From Eledone cirrhosa (lineage: Eukaryota), in NCBI GenBank assembly GCA_964016885.1, contig OZ024743.1:113212001-113276000 (forward strand): DNA of 64,000 nt, in the 5' to 3' direction. The notes below the pieces were generated by a model. It saw only the letters and a program-made list of their open reading frames with translations. It had not been told where the DNA came from and made no database searches. A program made the position numbers and the translations under genes. This document shows, in pieces, positions 1 through 13,007 of the stretch (position 1 is its first letter; each line of letters starts with the position of its first letter).

Positions 1-185
1 TCCTCGAAAAAGATCCACCAGGGTTACGGAGTCATTTACATATATGTATGTGTTTTATGAAGAAGAATTTCGAGACTAGAAATAGGTAGTAGTCTACCCA
101 CTATCATGCTAGTTGATACATCGATCTTCCCCCATCAGTTGACCCTCTGAAACGATCGTAAAACAATGAACTACCTACGTCTTAC

Positions 186-261
186 TTCTGTCTTTTTTTT
201 CCATTGTTCTATTCGCGTACGTACGCACGAGCACGCACACGCACACCTACCTACCTCTTTT
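186..261 (-). CDS. Possible minus-strand exon carrying a start codon (MEKKDR, phase-1 donor); the gene would continue off the left edge
   Basis: Minus strand reads tttgttttccttgttag|...aacaATGgaaaaaaaagacagaa|gtaagac: acceptor, good ATG context (204-202) and donor. No homology recognised. Confidence 0.25.
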
Positions 262-563
262 CTAACAAGGAAAACAAATGTTATATGATGATGATGATAT
301 ATATCTTTAGTCTACGGAAATACAAAGAAAAGTCTGCCAATTGATATTTATCTATCATGCATGCCCTAAAGATTAATAATCATTGATCAATCGTACTACT
401 ATCCTATATAAACATTTAGATCAATATTACAATTAAAAAATAATATTGATAAAAGTACTTTAAACGTATTTTTACCGCATTTCTTAAGAGAAATGCTTTA
501 GGTATTAAAAAAATATATATTTCCATTGTATATAAAATGTTTTCATATATTTATCATTATATG

Positions 564-690
564 TATATTAAATATAGTTTAAATATATTTTCCATTGTAT
601 ATTAAATCTAGTTTAAATGTATTTTCTATTCTATATTAAATATAGTTTAAATATATTTTCCATTCTATATTAAATGTAGTTTAAATTTTA
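564..690. repeat. 34-bp AT-rich tandem repeat, about 4 copies
   Basis: tatattaaatatagtttaaatatattttccattg recurs with a period of 34. Confidence 0.85.
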
Positions 691-1031
691 CAAATAGAAT
701 CAATTGTTGTATGTTTTAAAGTTTTCTTTGCTTCCATTTTTTTTTATATCTAGACACACAGACCCATATGCACACACACATACACACACACACACTGAAT
801 ACAGACAGACATGCATACATACATACATATAAATAAACCCGCTCTTTTTGATTATTTCCGAGATTGAATTTTGCTTGATTTAACATCTAGCCAAAAAATA
901 AACTAAAAATTCACAGACACACATTGACCCTCTCTCTCTCGCACATAATATATAGAAATGAATTTGTGCATGCATGTATATATATAAAAAACATGAGAAG
1001 AAAGAATACTGCGTGGTTGCACATGGGTTAC

Positions 1032-1373
1032 ATATGATAAAAATAGTCCTTCGTCAGTGATTTTACAACCTTCATTGGTATTTCATCGCTTTAAAAATCA
1101 TATACCTCCGGTTGGTGCGAGCAATAGCTAAATAAAGCTATTGGGACAAGTAAATCGCGTAAAGCGAGCGAGACAAGGTAAACAATAGGGAAGGATAGCA
1201 ACGCAAAGATAGGAAAAACTTCCTTGTTGTTTACCTTGTCTCGCTCGCTTGACGCGATTTACTTGTCCCAATAGCTTTATTTAGCTATTGCTCGCACCAA
1301 CCGGAGGTATATGATTTTTAAAGCGATGAAATACCAATGAAGGTTGGAAAATCACTGACGAAGGACTATTTTT

Positions 1374-1380
<7 letters not shown>
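1032..1380. mobile_element. Foldback (long inverted repeat) element with about 154-bp arms
   Basis: 1032-1185 is the reverse complement of 1227-1380 with about 2 mismatches and a ~41-bp spacer; abuts (TA)n. Confidence 0.9.
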
Positions 1381-1405
<25 letters not shown>

Positions 1406-1407
1406 GC

Positions 1408-1465
1408 GTCCAGAATTAGCCGTCGAAACGGCTTGAGCTCAGCCGTCGGGGTCCTACTCGTTCCT
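1408..1465 (+). mobile_element. Fragment of short Penelope-type family A (3' half of a hammerhead)
   Basis: gtccagaattagccgtcGAAAcggcttgagctcagccGTCggggtcctactcgttcc; same sequence occurs near 16495 and 22500; flanked by (TA)n. Confidence 0.65.
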
Positions 1466-1623
1466 ATATATATATATAATATATATATACACATGCATCT
1501 CTCTCTCTCTCTCTCTCTCTCTCACCCTCTCTCTCACACACAATATATAGAGATGCATATGTGTATGCATGTATATATACAATCATCTCTCTACATATGT
1601 TTATGTGGGTGTTTACATATATA

Positions 1624-1706
1624 CAGGATGTCCCCCAAAAATGTATATATACTTCCACAGCATTCTAATAAATGTGTATACATTTGGGGAGGGGGGGGGC
1701 ATCCTG
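1624..1706. mobile_element. Short Tc1/mariner-type MITE; related copies near 22292-22370, 37389-37460 and 58780-58891
   Basis: TA-caggatgtcccc...gggcatcctg-TA terminal inverted repeats. Confidence 0.7.
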
Positions 1707-1819
1707 TATATATGTGTGTATGTGTGTGTGTGTGATTTCAAGAAATTAGTTCTGACCTTACTCTCCATCTACACTTTTATTTATCTTTTACATTCAATTT
1801 AGGAATTTTAGCACTAGAT

Positions 1820-2810
1820 TGTTGTTCTTATTGGTGGTGTTGTTGTCATTGTTGAGGTGCTGTTGATGTTTCTATAGTTGGTGGTAGTGTTGATGTTTCT
1901 GTAGTTAGTGGTGGTGGTGGTGGTAGTGTTGATGTTGGTGGTGGTGGTGGGGTGTTGTTGGTGATGTTGGTGGTGGTAGTGGTGGTATTGGTGGTGGTGT
2001 CATTTGTTGATGTTATTGTCAGTTGTGGTGCTGTTGATGTTTCTGTAGTTGGTGGTGCTGTTGATGTTTCTGTAGTTGGTGTTGATGTTGTTGGTGATGT
2101 TGGTGGTGGTGTGTTGTTGGTGATGTTGGTAGTGGTGGTGTTGATGTTGGCGGTGGTGGTGCTGTTGATGTTATTGTCGGTTGTGGTGCTGTTGATGTTT
2201 CTGTAGTTGGTGGTAGTGTTGATGTTTCTGTAGTTAGTGGTGGTGGTGGTGGTGGTGTTGATGTTGGTGGTGGTGGTGGTGGTGGGGTGTTGTTGGTGAT
2301 GTTGTTGGTGGTGGTAGTGGTGGTGTTGATGTTGGTGGTGGTGGTGTCATTTGTTGATGTTATTGTCGGTTGTGGTGGTGGTGGTAGTGTTGATGTTGTT
2401 GTTGCTATTGGTGGGGTGTTGTTGGTGATGTTGGTGGTGGTGGTAGTGGTGGTGTTGATGTTGGTGGTGGTGCTGTTGATGTTATTGTCGGTTGTGGTGC
2501 TGTTGATGTTTCTGTAGTTGGTGGTAGTGTTGATGTTTCTGTAGTTAGTGGTGGTGGTAGTGTTGATGTTGTTGCTGTTGCTGTTGGTGGTGGTGTTGAT
2601 GTTGGTGTGTTGTTGGTGATGTTGGTGGTGGTAGTGGTGGTGTTGATGGTGGTGGTGGTGGTGGTGTTGGTGATGTTAATTTTTTTGTTGATGGTGGTGA
2701 TAATGTTTTTGTTGATGGTGGTGGGGGTAGTGTTGATGATGGTGGTGTTGTTGATGTTGTTAGTGATGTTGATATTTTTGTTGTTGGTGCTGGTGGTGCT
2801 GTTGTTTTTA
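1820..2810. repeat. (GGT/GTT/GAT)n low-complexity tract with higher-order repeats
   Basis: Recurrent gttgatgtttctgtagtt blocks; source of the poly-V and poly-T ORFs. Confidence 0.9.
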
Positions 2811-3056
2811 TATTGCAGAAAGCAAAAAAAAAGAAATATTTTTGTTAAAACTTTCGAGTAATTTCTGAAGATCAATAGAGATTTAGATTCGATTTCTCTT
2901 AGATGTTTATGTGAGTGCTTTTATATGTGTATGAAAGTGAATGAGTGCATGTAAATATGTGTGTGATAGAATAAACTTAGGTATGTTAGTAGAAAATGGA
3001 GTAAAATACAATATTTTCTTTTTTTTTTTAAATATTGGAACTAATATATTATATAG

Positions 3057-3997
3057 AAATTAAACTAGTTTCTAATATATTGAAATAGTTGCCACAAATT
3101 AGACTAGTTTGTAATATATTGAAATAGTTGCCACAAATTAGACTAGTTTGTAATATATTGAAATAGTTGCCACAAATTAGACTAGTTTGTAATATATTGA
3201 AATAGTTGCCACAAATTAGACTAGTTTGTAATATATTGAAATAGTTGCCACAAATTAGACTAGTTGTAATATATTTAAATAGTTGCCACAAATTAGACTA
3301 GTTTGTAATATATTGAAATAGTTGCCACAAATTAGACTAGTTTGTAATATATTGAAATAGTTGCCACAAATTAGACTAGTTTTTTAATATATTGAAATAG
3401 CTGCCACAAATTAGATTAGTATGAAATATATTGAAATTGATAGTTGCCACAAATTAGACTAGTTTGTAATATATTGAAATAGTTGCCACAAATTAGACTA
3501 GTTTGTAATATATTGAAATAGTTGCCACAAATTAGACTAGTTTGTAATATATTGAAATAGTTGCCACAAATTAGACTAGTTTGTAATATATTGAAATAGT
3601 TGCCACAAATTAGGCTAGTTTGTAATATATTGAAATAGTTGCCACAAATTAGACTAGTTGTAATATATTTAAATAGTTGCCACAAATTAGACTAGTTTGT
3701 AATATATTGAAATAGTTGCCACAAATTAGACTAGTTTGTAATATATTGAAATAGTTGCCACAAATTAGATTAGTTTGTAATATATTGAAATAGTTGCCAC
3801 AAATTAGATTAGTTTGTAATATATTGAAATAGTTGCCACAAATTAGATTAGTTTGTAATATATTGAAATAGTTGCTACAAATTAGACTAGTTTGTAATAT
3901 ATTGAAATAGTTGCCACAAATTAGATTAGTTTGTAATATATTGAAATAGTTGCCACAAATTAGATTAGTTTGTAATATATTGAAATAGTTGCCACAG
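3057..3997. repeat. 39-bp satellite, about 24 copies
   Basis: Unit aattagactagtttgtaatatattgaaatagttgccaca, highly homogeneous. Confidence 0.97.
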
Positions 3998-3999
3998 TA

Positions 4000-5195
4000 T
4001 AGGTTGGTTTCCTTAACATGTCACCTTGAATGGTGTCATCAGAAGGAGTCTTGACGCAGCAAATTTCCCATCAGAATTGGAGCATGCCAGCCTTGACCAT
4101 GGAGATGGTAAGCACCCAGATGGGATAACTCTCCAATCTGCGATGCCACATGCTGCAACACGTTCTCTACTTCCAACCTTGTTGCTTTGGCCATGTAGTA
4201 AGACGCCTCACGCTCCTTGATAGAACAACGCCGGTTGAGAACGCCAGAAAGAAAAGACAGACAGCCACTGGAAAGCCGACGGATCACACGCTAGATACCA
4301 GCCTCTGTACAACACCATTGTTTATGCTACAACAAAAAATAAACGTATATTTCATCTCTAATTTCTGCTGTTATTATGTCACTTGCATCTCGATAACATC
4401 TACAACTAATACTGCTAAAGTGGTGACCGACGTAAGAATTTAACGCAGCCCTTCTTTTTCATCAATTGACCTTTTATTGCCACATTGTCGGCCCTTTTTT
4501 TCTCATCTTGCGAAAATAAAAAATAATCCTTTTAAAATTATCGAAAAATTAGTAGTATTTCATAAACTTTTTGCTACACTCGAGAACAACAACGACAGCA
4601 GCATCAGCGACAACATTGTTTAACCACTGACCAAAACAGGGAATAGTGAGTGGCAGCTTCATAGCCCTACCGACGCAAACCACCACACATCGGAAATATC
4701 AAAACGATTCATTCGTGTCGATAATTTAGAGCGACTTTTTTTTTATTCGCTTGAATATTACATTTTCGTTGCCAACTTTTTCGCAACTTACAGATGAAAA
4801 ATGAAAAAAGTGTATTTTTCCAAGGTGGCGTTGCGTTCCTTCCCCGTTTTGTAACGGACACATTTTTTGAATTGCGTATGTGTTCCATGACTGATCAAGA
4901 GAGAAGAGACTAATACTGCTAAAGCCACAAGCATTGCTGCTTATAATGCAGAAAAGAAGATAGCCAAATACTGAGTCTTGACTGGCTACTTCCTTTTTGT
5001 GCCTATTGCCATCAAGAGCTTTGGTTTCTTTCGTCCCCGAACTGACATGTCCCTCCACAAAATTGAGAAGAGTTCTTCCCCTTTGAGGAAAGAGCCCTGT
5101 GGAATGACTGATGCAGTGGATGTCACTAGCTGTTCTCTCTGGCAGTGCCTTTGCTATTTTGTCTGCAGGGTGCAGCAGAGATATAACACCTAGAC
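4000..5195 (+). pseudogene. Degenerate C-terminus of an RLE-type (CRE-like) non-LTR retrotransposon, interrupted by an LTR remnant
   Basis: Translates GWFP*HVTLNGVIRRSL..LEHASLDHGDGKHPDGITL / ICDATCCNTF..ALA|TSIAAYNAEKKIAKY*..FLFVPIAIKSFG, the PD-(D/E)xK RLE motif order; frame restored across 4194-4927. Confidence 0.7.
4194..4923 (+). mobile_element. Internally deleted Gypsy-like LTR retrotransposon remnant
   Basis: Starts TGTAG; LTR end actaatactgctaaa occurs at both 4405-4419 and 4909-4923; PBS-like tggtgaccgacg at 4421 (tRNA-Trp-like); 4-bp TSD gcca at 4190-93 and 4924-27. Confidence 0.7.
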
Positions 5196-5685
5196 TGGAG
5201 TTACCATTCCCTCTCCACTTTACCTTACTTTCACTATTTAATTTGTTATTTTATTTTATTGCTAACAAATAATCCAATTGAAATTTTTTTGAGAAAAACT
5301 AGATTCCCTTGTTTGTAGAATATTGGATCAACTTAGTGAATTGGCAGAATTGCTAGAACATCAGATAGATTGTTTTATGAGATTTACCCTGGCTCTCTAC
5401 CCCCAAATCCTACTGAGGCTAACTTCGCCTTTCATCCTTTCAATGTTGATTAAAAAAAAGTACCAATTCATTACTTGGGTTAATTCCTCCTCTAAATCTC
5501 TTTATCACTTCCTCTCTCTTTCTCTGGAAAAAAATTGGCAGTGTTCAGACCTGAAGAGGGGATAGGCTTCTCCAAGTTGAAAGTGCCTCAGATATGCTGT
5601 GTGTCACTATAGCACTCTTATACCTTTGTAAGGAATTACAGGTTCATACATACATATTGGAATAGATATATTATATAGAAATTAA

Positions 5686-5899
5686 CCCTTTAGCATTTAA
5701 ACCAGCCATAGCCAGCTAGAATTCTCTCACCTCTTTCTGTTCAAATTGGCAATAACTGGCTGCTCATACTTATGTTGAGGTATTGTTCTCAAAATACATA
5801 TCAAAATCTCGTAGATTTGTTATTATGTGGGATGATTATGTGAGATAGTGTTTACCATGAAAATACAATATAAATATAGAGTAATATAAATACTAAGGG
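5686..5899 (+). mobile_element. piggyBac-type MITE
   Basis: TTAA-ccctttagcattt...tactaaggg-TTAA; family recurs about 8 times in the window. Confidence 0.85.
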
Positions 5900-6632
5900 T
5901 TAAACTAGTTTGTTGTATATTCAACTTGCCCAAAGGCTCATCAGACTGCTGCTTATTCCAGCATTAAGCAAATGAGAGTACAAAACAGGATGCCAGTTCT
6001 AATGCTGCTGTTGTGCATTTTCAGATGGGTGTACAATATGAAATGAAATGTTTTGTTCAAGAACATGATACACCACCTGGGCCAGAAATCAAACCCATGA
6101 CATCATGATGGTAAAACCAACACCCTAACTACTTGGCTATGTATCTTCACTTTGTAGTTTATTGGAAGAGATACATTATATAGAAATTAGAGTGGTTTGT
6201 AGTAACATAAGTAGGATAATGAAGTATGTTTGACAACTGATATCAGTTGCAGAGAAGTAACAATAAAAAAGACTCTTCTTTGAAAATTGATGCACAAGAC
6301 ATGTGCTACAGTGACATGCAATATGGCTTCCTTAAATTTGATATGAAGCTGCTGCTGCTGCTACTACTACTACTACTACACATCTCAGATCACATTGAAA
6401 AGGAGGCCATTTGATTGATGTGGCTCATTGGTAAATACTCAACAACACATAACCTCTGACCCATAGACATCCTTCCTCCCTCCTTTCTCTCATACGCTTC
6501 CTAACACATCTCTCCCACCACATCTCCCTCCCAATATTTTCCTCCCTTCACCTTCCCCCTTCCTCCTACACTTCCCCTCTCCCCTTCACTTTCCCTCGCT
6601 CTTACCCCCTCCCTCCCATTCTCCCTCCCTTT

Positions 6633-7219
6633 CAGGGCTGGATATAGAACTTGGTAGGCCCAGGACACTTCAAGTTTGGAAGCCCCTCATATGTAATAAG
6701 ATTAAAATACACAACAAACACCCCAAGTTTACATTTCAAAGTCAGCTTGGCATGTAATTGGAATTGTCAAGTTATACATACATGTTAAATGAAAAAATCT
6801 GGCCACCTTCATTTTAAGTGCACTTTCTACACTTAAATATACTTAAAAACAAACACAAACACACACATACACAGATGTATCTATACATTTATATACACAC
6901 ACATGCATACATACACATATATACCAAATTCTTTTATAAAACTGGATGATCATATCTCATTACCTAATACAACAACCATCTGATGTTGCTAAAGTAGAGA
7001 AATTTCGCTGAATTGAACACAGGGTTGACATTAAGTACTTTTTGTTAAAAGTATTGTTCTGATGTGTCAAAAAGATAATAAAAAGCCCATTAGAGAGCAT
7101 AACTTTCGCAGTTTCAGGGTGCATCTATCTTACTAGGCTCCACCCCCACCTATAGGGTCCCCAGATGATGGGAGGACTGGGGAAAATACCTTGTCTGCCC
7201 TGCTATAAATCTAGCTCTG
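6633..7219. mobile_element. hAT-like non-autonomous element
   Basis: TIRs cagggctggatatag / ctataaatctagctctg; 8-bp near-TSD ctcccttt / ctccctct. Confidence 0.65.
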
Positions 7220-7359
7220 CTCCCTCTATCTTTGTCTCTTTTTCTCTTCCTCTTCCTTCCTCTTCTTTTTTCTCCCTCTCCCCCTCTCTTGTCCTCTCTC
7301 CCCCTCTCTTGTCCTCTCTCCCCCTCTTTGATAATTGTATTGCTATTATTATGTTATCT

Positions 7360-7540
7360 GCTCTTTTAGTTGGATGCCAATACATCCAACCATTTCTCCT
7401 TTTCCTATCACCCCGACTGACTGCTCTCCATCTCTCACCTATACTCCCTGAAGTAATGACTTCAACCAATCTTTCCTCCTGCAGGATGTCAACCTTCTGA
7501 TCTAAATTCATCATAGCTCCATTGAAGCCATATTCATTAC
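7360..7540 (-). pseudogene. Possible degenerate LINE APE endonuclease fragment
   Basis: KVDILQEERL..SGSIGE resembles the APE motif VDIxxLQETRL..GSL. Confidence 0.35.
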
Positions 7541-7552
7541 AAACCCTCTTAA

Positions 7553-7745
7553 CTCTTTAGCATTGGCATTACTCTATATTTACTATTATATTTTCATGGT
7601 AAAGTCTTTACCTCGCATAATTATCTATGAGATTTTGAAAGTATTTATTTTGAGAACAATACCTTAACATCAGTTTGAGTGACCAGTTATGACCAGTTTG
7701 AACAGAAAAAAGTAGAGAATTCTGGCCAGTTTGAACATTAAAGGG
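7553..7745 (-). mobile_element. piggyBac-type MITE
   Basis: TTAA flanks; reverse copy of the 5686 family. Confidence 0.8.
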
Positions 7746-8593
7746 TTAATAGCATATTGCATGGGGTAGTAGTTGTTTTGGTCAAATCCTCTGGGAATCC
7801 CTCAGGTCCCGGTGGTCAATGACAAGAACCAATTCATTCAGATACTTTAACTCTGCAATCAATAAAGTTGTGGACCTGAAATTATTAGTGGGTTACAGGG
7901 CAGGCCACAATAAAATACACCCAGTGCACTTTGTAGAGTGGTTGGTAATTAAACAATGTGAGGTAGAGAGAGCTCTATAGCTTTGTCAAGAACATAAATT
8001 CTTTAGTGTTTATGCTACAGTAAAATACCTCCAGCACACCCTGTACAGTGGTTGCTGATCAGGTAGAGACCACATGAGGTAAAGAGGATTTAGTTTTATC
8101 AAGAACCTCATGATTTCTCTAGTGCTGATGCCACTGTAAAATTTAACCAATACACACTGTTGAGTGATTATTGGTAGGAAGGACAATCCCCAAATGAGTC
8201 AGACATGGTCCTACAAACTATCATGGAGGATATTAACACAAAACTGTCTCAGACCATAGCAACCCACCCAATCCATGCCATAAACAATGGATATGAAATA
8301 ATGATGATGCCATTCCTCAGCAGTACCACTACATTTTAACTCACACAGCTAGGGACACACATAGTGTACTGTTAATTTTGTTGAATGTCATTGGCAGTAA
8401 CTTGTCAAGTACTTGAGGGTCATTTAATCAATGGTGCCCTTTCCCCAAATTCAGTGGCCTTGCTCCTAAATTAGAAATCAATATTAAGCTAAAATATTTT
8501 CATAAGATTAACTCTTAAAGTCTCATACTACATGAAACTGCTTTAGCGAGACATTCTAGTAGAGTACAAAACACTATGATTGCATCACATTAA

Positions 8594-8782
8594 CCCTTTA
8601 GCATTTAAACCGGCCATATCTGGCCAGAATTCTCTCACCTCTTTCTGTTCAAACTGGCCATAACTGGCCACACATACTGACATTAAGGTATTGTTCTCAA
8701 AATAAATAACATATCAAAATCTCATAGATTCCATGTTATGTGAGATAATTCTGTGAGATAAAGCCTTTGCCATGAAAATAGG
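8594..8782 (+). mobile_element. piggyBac-type MITE, 3'-truncated
   Basis: ttaa-ccctttagcatttaaaccggccatatc start; internal match to the family. Confidence 0.8.
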
Positions 8783-9324
8783 CATTTTCTACTTAATCAT
8801 TACAGAATAAGAATTAATTGGAAAGGGAAGGATACCACAAGTAGTAGCAATATTTGTAGTAATAGTAGTGGTATTGTTTTACCAAGATCAAGACATGTCA
8901 AATATGCTGCTAAAATGATTTCTCTGGATTGATCAATTTTACTAGAACAAGCTGTGGCTACACAGAATAATAGCATAGAATAAATATGATATACTTATGC
9001 TTTTGGACTATATATATATATTGCATGACACATTGTTATAAATCATATTTATCTCCTCATTTTATAAACGTGACATATTGGTTTTAGTTTATTTCATGCA
9101 AGCGTGATAGTGTCAAACATCAAATGTCTTAATTTCTGCTTGACCTTTCTATAATGAAAGGTATTGATAACAAAGTGGTCGCTCCATATACTAGAAATAG
9201 GAGCTAAATCTCCCTCAAATCAAATCCTATTGTCTTAACTCTTAACATCCTCTACCACATGAAACCACATTACAAAGCATTCTCGGAAATGCTAAAATAT
9301 CACTATAACTGCATATCAATTTAA

Positions 9325-9735
9325 CCCTTTAGCATTTACATTACTCTATATTTACTATTATATTTTTACTGTAAAGGCTTTACCTCATAGTTATCTCACA
9401 TAATATCGAATCTATGAGATTTTGATATTTATTTTGAGAACAATACCTTAACATCAGTATGAGCGGCTGGTTACAGCTGGTTTGAACAGAAAGAAGTGAG
9501 AGAATTCTGACCGGATATGGCCAGTTTAACCCTTTAGCATTTACATTACTCTATGTATACTATTATATTTTCATGGTAAAGGCTTTATCTCACATAATTA
9601 TCTCACAAAATATCGAATTTAAGATTTTGATATTTATTTTGAAAACAATACCTTAACATCAGTATGAGCAGCTGGTTTGAACGGAAAGCAGTGAGAGAAT
9701 TCTGACTGGATACAGCCAGTTTAAATGCTAAAGGG
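9325..9735 (-). mobile_element. Two adjacent piggyBac-type MITEs
   Basis: Copies at 9325-9529 and 9530-9735 join at an internal TTAA. Confidence 0.85.
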
Positions 9736-10311
9736 TTAAAGATTATAGTTTTTAGTTTACTGCAGATTTTCATAATATATCCATTAGTAAAGATATAAGT
9801 ATTTAAATTTATAAACCAATTTTTAGATATTTTCTGCTAAATCATTGAAGTTAAAGATAACTTTGGACAATACAGCCATGTGATCATGGCTGGAATGCCT
9901 TTGATCATAGGTTTTTACAGTCCTGGGATACAACAATAGGATTATCTTTGACAAGGGCAAAATAGATTTGATATTGATGCCTTTATATAAAAATAGCTGT
10001 ATTGTAGATGAGGCAGAAAAGGCAGCAATTTTGACTTTATAACCATTTTCTCACCCCACTATGTATGTGAGTCATATCTGATAACATCTTAGCATTTTGT
10101 ACCATGACATATGGCTATTGAACTATTGAATATATAAATCATTATCATCATCACCACCACCACCATTATTATAACTACTACCATATTATCATCCCCACCA
10201 TCATTAACAAACCACCACTATTATCATCATCAATAATGTCATCATCAAGAGCATCACATCACCATTTTCTCCATGATCATCATTATTGTCATCATTATTG
10301 TCATCATTGAA

Positions 10312-10500
10312 AGGCAGTGGATTGGCAGTATCGGTAGAGGGTCGGACGCCATGCTGTCCAACATAGTTACGTCCCTTTACGATCTGAGTTCAAATCCCGC
10401 CGAGGTTGACTTTGCCTTTCATCCTTACGGGGTCGATAAAATAAAGTACCAGTAATGCACTGGGTGATTGCTGGCCTTGTGCCTAAAGTAGAAACAATTA
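10312..10500 (+). mobile_element. tRNA-derived SINE (family 1); further copies near 15120, 28470, 29668-30170, 34705, 35790(-), 37530(-), 45003 and 60460
   Basis: A-box-like tggcagtatcgg, B-box gagttcaaatccc, conserved body ctttgcctttcatccttacggggtcgataaaataaagtaccag, AT-rich tail. Confidence 0.85.
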
Positions 10501-10649
10501 TTGTCATCATTGAAACAATATCATCACTACCTTCATCACCACCATCATCATCATCATTCATAACATTTACTTTCATCCCTCTACATTCTAAGTTCAAATC
10601 CTGCCTGAGTTGACTCACAGCTTTCTAAGGTTAAGTACCTATGCTACAA

Positions 10650-11145
10650 ATTACTATTATTAAGATTGTTCTGTTATATCATTTAGCTCAGTTCTGTTTC
10701 TCTATTGCCGGGTTCAGGCCTTGAACCTACAGCAATAGATGTTTTCATTGCAGAGAGAGAACTCGTCTGAGAATGTGTGCTGTTCCTAGTAGCCCAATCT
10801 TCTGTAGCTCATATTTGCTGATCTTGCAGGGAAGAATGCTAAGGTGCAGGTCTGTGGATTTGGGTATTAATCCTAATGCTCCTATTACAACAGGGATAAT
10901 GTTTGTGTTCATCCTCCACATGCGGTTAATCTCTATTTCCAGATCTTTGTAGTTTGAAAGTTTTTCTATTGTTTTTATATTCTTGTCAGCTGGTATGGAA
11001 ATATCCATAAGGCTACATGTTTTTTATAATGATATCTGGTCTGTTGGCAGCGATTTCTCGGTTGGTTATCACAAGCATATCCCACAAGATGAATATGTTG
11101 CCCTTTTCCATGACTGTATTTGGTTGATGTTCATACCATTTGAAT
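10650..11145 (-). mobile_element. 3' fragment of an R4/Dong-like RLE non-LTR retrotransposon
   Basis: ILWD...NRPDII, then ORF 10745-11008 DISIPAD..EKLSNYKDLEIEINRMW..IPVVIGALG..LQKIGLLGTAHILRRVL, a typical R4-clade C-terminus. Confidence 0.85.
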
Positions 11146-11605
11146 TGATAGAATAGAATACCTGTCATGTACTAGGGGTTGATTTACTTTACTCCCTCAC
11201 TAAAAGAATGTGATATTGTTAGCCCATTCAGGTGCTAAGCTATAGAATTGCACATGCACTCTTACTCATGCATACACATGCACATGTATGCATGCACACA
11301 TACACACACATGCACTCACACACACACATGCACTCACTTTCACACTGAAACACACACTCAATTTATATACACATACACACTTTCACTGACTTTCATAGAG
11401 ATAGATATTCACACATTTCCATACACAAACATATAGTCAGTTGCACTCATACAAATACTGACACACATATACATGTAGATAAGCACATTTCACTCACTTT
11501 CACAGACATATATATGTGTGCATACACAATTTCTCTCAATTTTGCATAAATCCACACACACATATACATCTCCACACTTGCATTCACTATCATACACATA
11601 AATAC

Positions 11606-11646
<41 letters not shown>

Positions 11647-12100
11647 CCTATCTAAACACTTGTACTTTCACTATCAAATCCAGACACACACTAATACACT
11701 CTCACACTCACATATATATTTACTGATATATCTACATATTTGTACTCACTTTCACACACACACACACACACACACATCTTATTTATGAGGTCTCCTCTAT
11801 TTCTTTCACATACACCCACACAGATGCACTACCTTTTGCACATACATACACACTTGATCTCACCTTAACACACACACACCTACTCACTTTCACACACACG
11901 CACAATCTTATTTATGAGGTCTTCTCTACTTCTCTCACACATACACACTCATACACCCCCTTTTGCACATACATACACATATACATACACACTTGATCTC
12001 ACCCTAACACACACATGCACACCTACTCACTTTCATACACACACACACACTCACTTTCACATACACACAAATGCACACATGCCCACACATACACATGTAC

Positions 12101-13007
12101 ACACTTGCATTCACTTTCACACACACAAATGCACACACACATCCACACACCCACTCATGCATGTCTATACACTTGCATTCACTTTCACACACACAAATGC
12201 ACACACACATCCACACACCCACTCATACATGTCTATACACTTGCATTCACTTTCACACACACAAATGCACACACCCACTCATACATGTCTATACACTTGC
12301 ATTCACTTTCACACACACAAATGCACACACACAACCACACACCCACTCATACATGTCTATACACTTGCATTCACTTTCACACACACAAATGCACACACAC
12401 ATCCACACACCCACTCATACATGTCTATACACTTGCATTCACTTTCACACACACAAATACACACACACATCCACACACCCACTCATACATGTCTATACAC
12501 TTGCATTCACTTTCACACACACAAATGCACACACACATCCACACACCCACTCATACATGTCTATACACTTGCATTCACTTTCACACACACAAATGCACAC
12601 ACACATCCACACACCCACTCATACATGTCTATACACTTGCATTCACTTTCACACACACAAATGCACACACACATCCACACACCCACTCATACATGTCTAT
12701 ACACTTGCATTCACTTTCACACACACAAATGCACACACACATCCACACACCCACTCATATATGTCTATACACTTGCATTCACTTTCACACACACAAATGC
12801 ACACACACATCCACACACCCACTCATACATGTCTATACAATTGCATTCACTTTCACACACACAAATGCACACACACATCCACACACCCACTCATACATGT
12901 CTATACACTTGCATTCACTTTCACACACACAAATGCACACACACATCCACACACCCACTCATACATGTCTATACACTTGCATTCACTTTCACACACACAA
13001 ATACACA
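12101..13007. repeat. 68-bp CA-rich minisatellite, about 13 copies
   Basis: Unit acacttgcattcactttcacacacacaaatgcacacacacatccacacacccactcatacatgtctat; embedded in a CA-rich tract (11250-13650). Confidence 0.95.

Noticed and set aside
1952-2875. Poly-Val membrane or mucin-like Thr/Pro ORFs
   Set aside because: Trinucleotide low-complexity read-through with frame-breaking indels and no supported splice structure
3057-3997. CRISPR-like array beside a nuclease fragment
   Set aside because: Units are contiguous with no unique spacers, there are no cas genes, and the context is eukaryotic
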